Source: Cyanophyceae cyanobacterium (GTDB taxonomy: Bacteria > Cyanobacteriota > Cyanobacteriia > Cyanobacteriales > JBHJGN01). From it: a stretch of DNA of 64,000 nucleotides. Below, in pieces: positions 28,808-36,973 of the stretch. A model generated the notes under the pieces. The model saw nothing but the letters and a program-made list of their open reading frames with translations. It had not been told where the DNA came from and searched no databases. The stretch covers positions 940 through 64,939 of the forward strand of contig JBHJGN010000021.1 in assembly GCA_050331735.1 (NCBI GenBank), in the 5' to 3' direction. The position numbers and the translations under genes were made by a program. The stretch's first letter is position 1. Each line of letters opens with the position of its first letter.

Positions 28808-29852
28808 GCGTTAGAGTTTTTAGAACTACGCCGTTCCGTCCTCGCTCTTTGACTTCGTAGAGTGCTTGATCGGCCATCGACACTATCGTTTCTGAAGATA
28901 GTTCCAATCTGGGAATCAAGCTAGCAACCCCTAAACTGAGACTAACGTACTGGCTAACTTGTGAAGCGGCATGTTCAATCTTTAGCTGCTGTACTTTGCT
29001 TCTAATCTCTTCAGCCACCGTCGTGGCTCCTTGAGCCTCAGTATTGGGCAGAACCACGACAAACTCTTCTCCTCCATAGCGGGCCGCCAAGTCGGCAGGA
29101 CGCTTCACCGAAACTCTGATGGCTCTTGCCACCTGTCTTAAACAGTCGTCCCCCTGCTGATGGCCGTAGTGGTCGTTGTAGAGCTTAAAGTAATCTATGT
29201 CGCACAGAATGAGAGACAGCACCATTTTTTCCCGGGCAGCTCGCCGCCACTCTCGCTGCAAATAATCGTTGAATCTCCGTCGATTAGCAACTTCTGTTAG
29301 CGGATCTATTGTTGCTAAACGCAGTAATTCCTGGTTAACTTTTTCTAGTTCAGCAGTGCGCTGAGAGATTATGTCTGACTGCTGACGAGTCAACTCTGCT
29401 AGCTTCTGATTCATGATTTGGAGCTGCAAATGTTGCTGATTAATTTGCTTTTTTTGGCAATAACTATTGACAGCTTCTGTTGCTGTAAGTTTCAAATCTT
29501 CTGATTGCCAAGGTTTAGGGATAAAGCGATATAAATTGGCGTACTTGATCGCATTAGTTACTCCTTCTAAATCTGCTTGCCCCGTCAGCATAATTTTGAG
29601 AGTACTAGGAACTTGAAGATGAATCTGCTTGAGTAGCTCGTCTCCTCTCAAATCGGGCAAAATATAGTCAGAAATAACGAGGGCAATTTCTTCACCATCT
29701 TTTAGGAGTTCATCCAATAACTCTAAAGCTTCTTGGGCAGTTTCAGCAGTTTCTACAATACATCTGTCTCGTAAAACTTTGTTTAGCTCTATTTTGAGAC
29801 TATCTAAAATGGTTGGTTCATCATCAACACAGATGACGTAAGGCTTATTCAT
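28788..29852 (-). CDS. Response regulator receiver - coiled coil - GGDEF diguanylate cyclase
   Basis: 354 aa. The receiver has IALVISDYILPDLRG. The GGDEF domain has GGEEF and an RPAD I-site. This domain is closely similar to that of 25139..26518. Confidence 0.88.
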   Translation of the reverse strand: MNKPYVICVDDEPTILDSLKIELNKVLRDRCIVETAETAQEALELLDELLKDGEEIALVISDYILPDLRGDELLKQIHLQVPSTLKIMLTGQADLEGVTNAIKYANLYRFIPKPWQSEDLKLTATEAVNSYCQKKQINQQHLQLQIMNQKLAELTRQQSDIISQRTAELEKVNQELLRLATIDPLTEVANRRRFNDYLQREWRRAAREKMVLSLILCDIDYFKLYNDHYGHQQGDDCLRQVARAIRVSVKRPADLAARYGGEEFVVVLPNTEAQGATTVAEEIRSKVQQLKIEHAASQVSQYVSLSLGVASLIPRLELSSETIVSMADQALYEVKERGRNGVVLKTLTLNPQIG

Positions 29853-29925
29853 CTTTAGGTTTTAATTGAAATCCTACCTGTTTTTGAAAAGCTGAAACGA
29901 AGCTTTTTTTTTAAAATATTCGGTC

Positions 29926-31392
29926 CTAACTGGCACGAGGTTTATTTTGAGCTGTTGTTGCGTAAAAAGTCTCTTCCTCAGTGTGAATTGGAAGTAATAC
30001 AGCAAAAGTTGTTTTTCCAGGCTGCGATTCTACTACAATCTTACCCTGATGTTTTTCAACAATTCTCTTGACAATATCCAAGCCTAGCCCAGTGCCTTGA
30101 CCGAGAGGTTTTGTTGTAAAAAAAGGAGTAAAAATTTGCGGTTTAACCTCTGGAGCAATTCCAGGACCAGTATCGGAAATTTCGACAGCTATTTTGTTGT
30201 CGCTACAGGCAACATCAATTGTTAACGTTCCATTATTATTCATTGCTTGAATGGCATTTTGAATTAAATTAGTCCAAACTTGATTGAGTTCATCTGGATA
30301 ACAAACAATGGCCGGAATGTCCGCGTAGTTTTTATTCACTTCTATATTTTGCCTGAGCTGATGGCGATAGAGCGTTAAAACGGTTTCAATGCCCTGAATA
30401 ACGTTCGCCACTGTTTTCTGACCGGTGTGGTCTTGGCGAGAGTAATTTTTAAGGGCTAACACTACTTTTTCTGCTTGTTCAGTAGCGGTAAAGATTGTTT
30501 GAGTACTCTTGTGTAAACAGATGACTTCATAAACGGCATTCAAAATTTCTCTACCGTGAGAGTTTTTTAGCAGAGGTAAAAATAGCTCGAGATTTTTGTC
30601 TGCTCCTAAATCTACTAGAAGATCTGCAAAAACATTTATATCATCAATTTTCAAGCCATGAATAGATTTGAGTAATTCTTTTTTGAGTACTCTTCTTTCT
30701 TTGCTCGATAATTCCCTGTCTGGAAGTTGAATGAGAGTATTAAAAAGCTGGATCTCTTCAGAAGAAACAAGCTGTAAAAACGTTGTTAAATGACTCAGCT
30801 TTTTGAGAAATTCGGCAATATTTTCTGCTGAGGAGCGAATGGCTCCGAGAGGAGAATTAACTTCATGAGCAATTCCTGCTACAAGCTGTCCTAAAGCAGC
30901 CATTTTTTCCGACTGGATTAGCTGAGCCTGAGTCTCTTGAAGCTGGACTAAAGTTTGGGCCAACTCCTCATTGCGCGACTGCAAATTTTTTTGCAGAAAG
31001 CGAAGAGTCATATGATTTTTGACTCTTGCCAGCACTTCTTGAAGCTGAAAAGGCTTGGTAATGTAGTCAACACCTCCGGTAGAAAAGGCTTTGACTTTGT
31101 CGGCTACTCGATCGACCCCACTCAAGAAGATGATGGGAATGTCTTGAGTTGTTGGGGTCGCTTTCAGCCGACGGCATACTTCGTAGCCATTTATTTTCGG
31201 CATCATAATATCCAGCAAAATGAGATCGCTCTGAAAGCGAGAAGCTTTTTCTACGACCAGCTCACTATTGCTGACTGACTGAACCTGGTAGCCTTCTTGT
31301 TTGAGGAGGGCTGCCAGTAATTCAACATTGGCAGGAATATCGTCAACAATTAAAATATTGCCTTGGTTGTGCTGGTTTTTATGGCTGCTCAC
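29926..31392 (-). CDS. Hybrid sensor: N-terminal receiver + histidine kinase (HisKA/HATPase)
   Basis: 488 aa. The receiver has DLILLDIMMPKINGYE. H-box AGIAHEVNSPLGAI, N-box WTNLIQNAIQAM, G-boxes DTGPGI and GTGLGL. Confidence 0.88.
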   Translation of the reverse strand: MSSHKNQHNQGNILIVDDIPANVELLAALLKQEGYQVQSVSNSELVVEKASRFQSDLILLDIMMPKINGYEVCRRLKATPTTQDIPIIFLSGVDRVADKVKAFSTGGVDYITKPFQLQEVLARVKNHMTLRFLQKNLQSRNEELAQTLVQLQETQAQLIQSEKMAALGQLVAGIAHEVNSPLGAIRSSAENIAEFLKKLSHLTTFLQLVSSEEIQLFNTLIQLPDRELSSKERRVLKKELLKSIHGLKIDDINVFADLLVDLGADKNLELFLPLLKNSHGREILNAVYEVICLHKSTQTIFTATEQAEKVVLALKNYSRQDHTGQKTVANVIQGIETVLTLYRHQLRQNIEVNKNYADIPAIVCYPDELNQVWTNLIQNAIQAMNNNGTLTIDVACSDNKIAVEISDTGPGIAPEVKPQIFTPFFTTKPLGQGTGLGLDIVKRIVEKHQGKIVVESQPGKTTFAVLLPIHTEEETFYATTAQNKPRAS

Positions 31393-31647
31393 GGCAAAAT
31401 TAACAATTCTTGTCTCAAAAGCAAAGCACTTTTACTTGAGTTGAGAGTACCCAACTTTCAAGCGAGATCTAGCAGAGACTCTCTCTTCAACACAGCCAGC
31501 TTCTTCAGTTTTGGGTAACGGTGACTTCGATCCTCGCTGAGAGCTGTTAGCCGAACTGCTGCGACCAAGTTAAAGGCTTTACCATAGTCAGAGAGACTTC
31601 CATGAATACAGTGCTTCCCAGGCTAACAGAGTCACCCAGCGTTTTCT

Positions 31648-33000
31648 ATGGTAGAACTTAGTTTTCAGGTTAATCATCAATCTGTCCCTCCCCAAAACAT
31701 TGACGCAGAGGAGTCTATCCTCGGCGGTATTTTACTCGACCCAGAAGCCATTGGTCGCGTTGCTGACCTAATTGGACCGGAGGCTTTCTACGTTAAAGCC
31801 CATCGGGAAATTTATCAAGCGGCTTTAGTCCTCCACTCCCAGGGACAACCGACCGATTTAATGACGGTGACAAGCTGGCTGAGCGATCGCCACATCCTCG
31901 ACAAAGTTGGCGGCGCGAGTAAGCTAGCCCAGCTAGTGGACCGCACGGTGTCTGCTGTCAACATCGACCGCTATGCGGCTTTGATTCAGGATAAGTACCT
32001 GCGCCGTCAGCTTATTAGTGCTGGCAATGACATTATTGACCTGGGCTTCGACACCGCCACCGATTTAGAAACTGTTTTAGATCGGGCTGAACAGAAGGTG
32101 TTTCGACTGACTCAGGAACGTCCGCAACAGGGGTTAGTTCCCATTGCCGATACGCTAGTGCAGACGTTTAACGAAATCGAGAGCCTGCATCAAGAAGTCG
32201 CCCTTCCCGGCATTACCTCGAACTTCTACGATCTTGATGCCATGACCAGTGGCTTTCAGCGCTCCGATCTGATTATTCTAGCAGGCAGACCCTCTATGGG
32301 CAAAACGGCTTTGGGCTTGGGCGTGGCCGTCAATATTGCTAAAGTCCACAAGCTGCCAGTAGCGATCTTCAGCCTGGAAATGTCGAAAGAACAGCTCGCG
32401 CAACGCCTGCTAGCTAGCGAAACCGGAATTGAAAGTAACCGCCTGCGTTCGGGCAGAATTACTCAGAACGAATTTGAACCCTTGGGCATGGCGATGGGAA
32501 CGCTCTCAGAACTGCCCATTTTTATCGACGATACCGCTAACCTCACGGTGATGCAAATGCGATCGCAGGTGCGCCGTCTCCAGGCAGAAAAAGGCGCTAT
32601 GGGGTTGGTGCTACTAGACTACCTCCAGCTTATGGAGGGCAGCGGAAGCGACAACCGCGTTCAGGAGTTATCTAAAATCACGCGCTCTCTCAAAGGATTA
32701 GCCCGCGAAACCAATGCGCCGATTATTGCCCTTTCTCAGCTCAGCCGCGGCGTGGAAGCCCGCAATAATAAGCGCCCCATGATGTCAGACTTGAGAGAAA
32801 GTGGCTCGATTGAGCAAGACGCCGACCTTGTAATTATGCTCTACCGCGATAGCTACTACAATCCCGATTCCCCCGACCGCAACATTGCGGAAGTGATCAT
32901 CACCAAACATCGTAACGGACCAACGGGAACGGTGAAGCTGTTGTTTCAGCCAGAACTAACTAAGTTTGAAAACCTCCTGGCAGGTACCGATGGCTATTAA
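31648..33000 (+). CDS. dnaB: Replicative DNA helicase DnaB (no intein)
   Basis: 450 aa. It begins with PPQNIDAEESILGGILLDPEA. Walker A is GRPSMGKTALGL. Other blocks are SLEMS, LDYLQLM and IALSQLSR. Confidence 0.95.
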   Translation: MVELSFQVNHQSVPPQNIDAEESILGGILLDPEAIGRVADLIGPEAFYVKAHREIYQAALVLHSQGQPTDLMTVTSWLSDRHILDKVGGASKLAQLVDRTVSAVNIDRYAALIQDKYLRRQLISAGNDIIDLGFDTATDLETVLDRAEQKVFRLTQERPQQGLVPIADTLVQTFNEIESLHQEVALPGITSNFYDLDAMTSGFQRSDLIILAGRPSMGKTALGLGVAVNIAKVHKLPVAIFSLEMSKEQLAQRLLASETGIESNRLRSGRITQNEFEPLGMAMGTLSELPIFIDDTANLTVMQMRSQVRRLQAEKGAMGLVLLDYLQLMEGSGSDNRVQELSKITRSLKGLARETNAPIIALSQLSRGVEARNNKRPMMSDLRESGSIEQDADLVIMLYRDSYYNPDSPDRNIAEVIITKHRNGPTGTVKLLFQPELTKFENLLAGTDGY

Positions 33001-33040
33001 GTCAGTTCTCGGTTGAAGCCTCGTTTGTGCTGGCAAGAAT

Positions 33041-33107
33041 GGGGAAAGGGGAAAGGGTAAGGGGGTAAGGGAATTAATTCTCTTTCCGCCAACGCTTTTT
33101 CTCCCCA
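33041..33107. repeat. Short copy of the dispersed purine-tract element; contains a canonical G-quadruplex motif
   Basis: GGGGAAAGGGGAAAGGGTAAGGGGGTAAGGG (33041-33071) followed by CTCTTTCCGCC…CTTTTTCTCCCC. It lies between the dnaB stop and the next gene's start. Confidence 0.65.
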
Positions 33108-33110
33108 ACG

Positions 33111-33941
33111 ATGACGCGCTCTAAACAACAATCAGCAATCGTGCCTACAATTAATGAGAAGACATCCTCGAAAACAATGGATCTCACCTATTTAGACAGT
33201 AATTCCTGGCTGATTGAAATTAGCGGAAAACACATTCTGATCGATCCCTGGCTCGTTGGCGATTTGGTGTTTGGCAACCTGCCGTGGTTTTTCAAAGGGA
33301 CAAAAGCGCCTCGACCCATCCCTGACAACGTTGACCTGATTCTTCTTTCCCAAGGACTAGAAGATCACGCTCATCCACCAACTCTCAAACAGCTTGACCA
33401 CACGATTCCGGTGGTTGGCTCTCCCAATGCGGCTAAAGTGGCTCAGGAATTGGGCTACCTTCACGTTACCGCTCTCAGTCATGGGGAAACCTATGCTCTC
33501 GAAGGCATAGAAATCAAAGCTGTACCGGGTTCTCCGATTGGTCCTCAGCTTGTGGAGAACGGCTATCTGATCCAGGCACAGGACGAGCATACGCTCTACT
33601 ACGAACCCCACGGGTATCACTCTCCCATGCTTCAAGAAGCTGCCCCCATCGATGTTGTAATCGCTCCCATCGTTAACCTTAAGCTTCCTCTCCTCGGGCC
33701 TATTATTAAGGGACAACAAGAAGCTTTAGAGCTGTGTCGCTGGCTTCAGCCGCAGGTGATTTTGCCAACGGCGGCTGGAGGCGATGTGTCTTTTGAAGGG
33801 GTTCTCAATGCTTTGCTCAGCGCAGAAGGGACTGCTGACGAACTTCAAAGTCTGCTGGCTCAACACGGTCTGGCTACTCAAGTCATTGAACCGCAGCCAG
33901 GAGAAACATTTTCCCTAGAATTAAAGCCAATCAAGCGCTAA
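33111..33941 (+). CDS. MBL-fold metallo-hydrolase
   Basis: 276 aa. ILIDPWL…DLILLSQGLEDHAHPPTL resembles the Lactamase_B_3-type metal motif. An alternative start is ATG 33177 (MDLTYLDSNSW). Confidence 0.6.
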   Translation: MTRSKQQSAIVPTINEKTSSKTMDLTYLDSNSWLIEISGKHILIDPWLVGDLVFGNLPWFFKGTKAPRPIPDNVDLILLSQGLEDHAHPPTLKQLDHTIPVVGSPNAAKVAQELGYLHVTALSHGETYALEGIEIKAVPGSPIGPQLVENGYLIQAQDEHTLYYEPHGYHSPMLQEAAPIDVVIAPIVNLKLPLLGPIIKGQQEALELCRWLQPQVILPTAAGGDVSFEGVLNALLSAEGTADELQSLLAQHGLATQVIEPQPGETFSLELKPIKR

Positions 33942-34247
33942 TTTTTTTAGCAGTTGTATAGAAAAATACTAGTAAAAAAAGCCGCTAAAAGTATGGACGA
34001 ACTATCTCTATCTTGGTATAATTTGAGCAAATCAAGATAAAAGTTAATCAGCTCGATTTAGCCAAGCGACGATACTTGACAGAAAAAGCTTAGCAGTTGG
34101 CAAGGTATAATTCCCTTCAAAATGCAGGTCTTGTATCCGAGTGTTTGGAGTTTGATGGCGTTAAAGCTGCTTTGAAAGCCGCTTCACTCAACGTTCTCTC
34201 AGAAGAATTGGGTGTTGCGTTGAGCAAGCTAAACGTAGAGCGAATCG

Positions 34248-34601
34248 GTGGTGTCCGTGCTCGGTGATGGGCTGATTAATGGTGCTTGTTTTGCTGCCCT
34301 CACACACTGCATACGAACGATGACCCGAAAATTGAATACTTTTGGTGCTTCTTTACTAGTACTGAAAGAATGGAGCTTAGTCGAGCGGCTAGATGCTCAG
34401 AATATTCTATTGCTCCTCTTAATTGGATTTTTGTTTTGCCTGACTGTATGGCTTACCATTGCCAATTTTGTGTCTACTTTTGTCTTAACTCCAGCGCTGA
34501 TTCCGCTGACTAACCTGTTATTTTGCTTTTCTGGTTTTTATCAGAATCGGCAAGCAAGCGATCGCTACAGCCACGATTATTCAGGATTAGAAACAAGTTG
34601 A
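34248..34601 (+). CDS. Hypothetical small membrane protein (weak call)
   Basis: 117-aa ORF with hydrophobic segments (ILLLLLIGFLFCLTVWLTIANFV, LIPLTNLLFCFSGF). It is AT-rich, its start is uncertain, and it is followed by a hairpin. Confidence 0.35.
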   Translation: MVSVLGDGLINGACFAALTHCIRTMTRKLNTFGASLLVLKEWSLVERLDAQNILLLLLIGFLFCLTVWLTIANFVSTFVLTPALIPLTNLLFCFSGFYQNRQASDRYSHDYSGLETS

Positions 34602-34604
34602 GCC

Positions 34605-34621
34605 GGGCGGAAGTTCCGCCC
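34605..34621. terminator. GC hairpin between convergent genes (possible bidirectional terminator)
   Basis: GGGCGG-aagtt-CCGCCC lies in the 27-nt gap between stop 34601 (+) and stop 34629 (-). Confidence 0.5.
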
Positions 34622-34628
34622 AGACAAT

Positions 34629-36524
34629 TTACTTAACGATCCCGGAATGTCCGGCAATCTCTGCAATCGGTTCAAATTGACCGCCGAGGTACTGCGCTAA
34701 AAACTCTTCAGCGACGGCATAGAAGTGCAGGCGGTTTTCCGGGCGAGCAAACCCATGACCTTCATCGGTATAGAGAACGTACTGCACTGGTTTGTTGGCT
34801 GACTCCATAGCTGCCACAATCTGTTCGCTTTCAGCCTGCTTAACGCGCGGATCGTTGGCTCCCTGTCCGATGAGCAGGGGTTTCTGAATGCGGTCTACAA
34901 AGAAAAGGGGCGATCGCGACTTCAAAAACTCCGCTTCCTGCTCGAGGTTGCCCACTCGATGCTGAAACATCGCCATCAGCGGTTTCCAGTAGGGCGGAAT
35001 ACTCTGCATCAGGGTAATCAGGTTACTCGGACCGACGATATCAACTCCGCAGGCAAACACATCCGGGGTAAAAGTTAACCCGACCAAGGTGGCGTAGCCT
35101 CCGTAGGAGCCGCCCATAATGGCCACCTTATCCGGGTCCGCAATGCCTTGATTAGCAATCCAGTTGACGCCATCGATGAGATCGTCGTGCATTGTCGCCG
35201 CCCACTGGCGGTTTCCAGCATTGACAAAATTTTTCCCGTAGCCTGTAGATCCCCGGAAATTGACCTGGAGGACAGCGTATCCTCGGTTGGCCAACCACTG
35301 TACGCTCGGACTGTAGCCCCAAATATCCCGCGCCCACGGACCACCATGAACTAAAAGGACCGTGGGGTAAGGAGCATCCCCGCCGACGGGTTTAGTAAGA
35401 TAACCGTGAATCGTCAGTCCATCCCGCGCCTCGTAAGCAATCGGTTCCATCGTAGCGAGCGGTAAGTCTTCGAGTTCGGGGCGATTGCTAAATAGGAGGG
35501 TGCTGGTGCGGGAGTCTCGACTGTAGTGAGTGTAGTAAACTGGACCATCATCGGTGAGATAGGACACAATCCAGTTACGGTCGGCTAAATCCCGACTGGT
35601 AATGCTATACTGACCGCGACGAAAGTGAGCGATCGCCTCCAGGTCGGCAGCAATATCGTCGTCGAGAAGCTGCCATTCGAGCCGTTCTCGATAGAAGGAA
35701 ACTGCCTGAATCCTTCGCGCTGTGGGATGAACCACCACACCACCCACATCATACTGGTCGTCTGCGGCGACGATTGATTCTGCCTTGGTTTTCAAATCCA
35801 GGGCCAGCAGGCGCTGAGCATTGGCATCATGGGAACCAATAATGTAAAGAGTTTGCCCATCCTCAGAAAACAGCACCGCTCCTCCTTCGTCATCCGGTCC
35901 CCAGTGGCGCAGCGTTTCCCACGGGCCTTGGCTCGACTCCCGATAGAGTAAGTCCGAACCCCCATCTGGAGTGGCTGCGACTGCTGCGCGAATCTGAAAC
36001 TGAGCATTCGCTGTCCAGCTTACAATATTGCCGGGATTGTCAACGGCTAGTTCTACCGCGCCGCTATTAAGATCGATCCGATAAACATCAAACTTTTGCG
36101 GATTAGCCAGATTGAGTCCGACGAGAATCGTGTCGGGAAATTCGGGGTCGAGATCGATGACTTGAGCTTTCACTCCCTGAAACGGGGTTAAATCGCGCAC
36201 CAGATTTGAGCGCACATTAACCAAATAAAGATGGAAATTCTCGTCGCCATCTGAATCTTGAAGATAGATCAGCTGATCTGGGCTGTACGTCCAAAAGTAG
36301 GCGCGAATTCCGCGTTTACGATCCTGGGTCAGTTGGCGATCGTTTTCCTCGCCTAAGAGCCGCAACCAAACTTGCAGCACATTTTTATCATCTGGGGCAA
36401 TTGTAGCCAGGTATTTGCCATCAGGCGATACTTTAGGGCTGCTCCGCTGCGGGTTACCAAATAGGACTTCACGAGGAATCAGCGGCGGTAACTGGGTTTC
36501 TGGTTGAGCCGTGGCAGTTGTCAT
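34629..36524 (-). CDS. S9 family serine peptidase (prolyl oligopeptidase / dipeptidyl-peptidase-like)
   Basis: 631 aa with an N-terminal propeller (SPDGKYLA…). The nucleophile motif is GGSYGGY, with GANDPRV (Asp) and DEGHGF (His). Confidence 0.85.
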   Translation of the reverse strand: MTTATAQPETQLPPLIPREVLFGNPQRSSPKVSPDGKYLATIAPDDKNVLQVWLRLLGEENDRQLTQDRKRGIRAYFWTYSPDQLIYLQDSDGDENFHLYLVNVRSNLVRDLTPFQGVKAQVIDLDPEFPDTILVGLNLANPQKFDVYRIDLNSGAVELAVDNPGNIVSWTANAQFQIRAAVAATPDGGSDLLYRESSQGPWETLRHWGPDDEGGAVLFSEDGQTLYIIGSHDANAQRLLALDLKTKAESIVAADDQYDVGGVVVHPTARRIQAVSFYRERLEWQLLDDDIAADLEAIAHFRRGQYSITSRDLADRNWIVSYLTDDGPVYYTHYSRDSRTSTLLFSNRPELEDLPLATMEPIAYEARDGLTIHGYLTKPVGGDAPYPTVLLVHGGPWARDIWGYSPSVQWLANRGYAVLQVNFRGSTGYGKNFVNAGNRQWAATMHDDLIDGVNWIANQGIADPDKVAIMGGSYGGYATLVGLTFTPDVFACGVDIVGPSNLITLMQSIPPYWKPLMAMFQHRVGNLEQEAEFLKSRSPLFFVDRIQKPLLIGQGANDPRVKQAESEQIVAAMESANKPVQYVLYTDEGHGFARPENRLHFYAVAEEFLAQYLGGQFEPIAEIAGHSGIVK

Positions 36525-36640
36525 ATCAATTGTTTGGTGCAGAGTGTTAAATAAAAAAAGGATAGAGAGTCAATTCTTCTCCATCCTCATATTAATTTAG
36601 GTCGTTGAGCGCTGATGCTCGGAGATAGTGGTTTCCGCTG

Positions 36641-36886
36641 TTATTCTGCGACCGGAACCAGCATAAAATCTGACGGACGCACCACCACCTTCCCCTGGGA
36701 TAGATCCTGGCGCAACTGACTTCCCGTTCTCCACGCCCGGTACTTGCCGACGTTCCAGCGAGGGTTGGTTGGATACCCGGCAAAACCAGACCGCAGGGCC
36801 GCATGGTTTTCTTTGGGCGTGTTGGTACGGAGTAAAACGTTTTCGGCTAGCTCCACTACCGCCAGGTCTCGATGCTCTCTTCCCAT
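36641..36886 (-). CDS. Small basic Trp-rich hypothetical protein (81 aa)
   Basis: ATG is preceded by GGAAGG at 4-9 nt, with an AT-rich promoter-like region upstream. The sequence is MGREHRDLAVVELAENVLLRTNTPKENHAALRSGFAGYPTNPRWNVGKYRAWRTG…. I recognise no family. It is co-oriented between the OmpR regulator and the S9 peptidase. Confidence 0.5.
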   Translation of the reverse strand: MGREHRDLAVVELAENVLLRTNTPKENHAALRSGFAGYPTNPRWNVGKYRAWRTGSQLRQDLSQGKVVVRPSDFMLVPVAE

Positions 36887-36973
36887 AGACCTTCCCCCCT
36901 ATTCATTTTTATAGCTTTTTTAAATTATATAACAAAATATTTAAAATTGCATTTGTTTTTGCTAAGAAACTCC

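Noticed and set aside
31648-33000. Intein in dnaB (common in cyanobacteria)
   Set aside because: The ORF is 450 aa with uninterrupted helicase motifs, and there is no insertion after the Walker A or H4 regions.
36592-36804. 70-aa ORF overlapping the 81-aa gene in another frame
   Set aside because: It overlaps 36641..36886, which has the better RBS, ATG start and promoter context. Its own translation is Cys/Arg-rich and looks off-frame.
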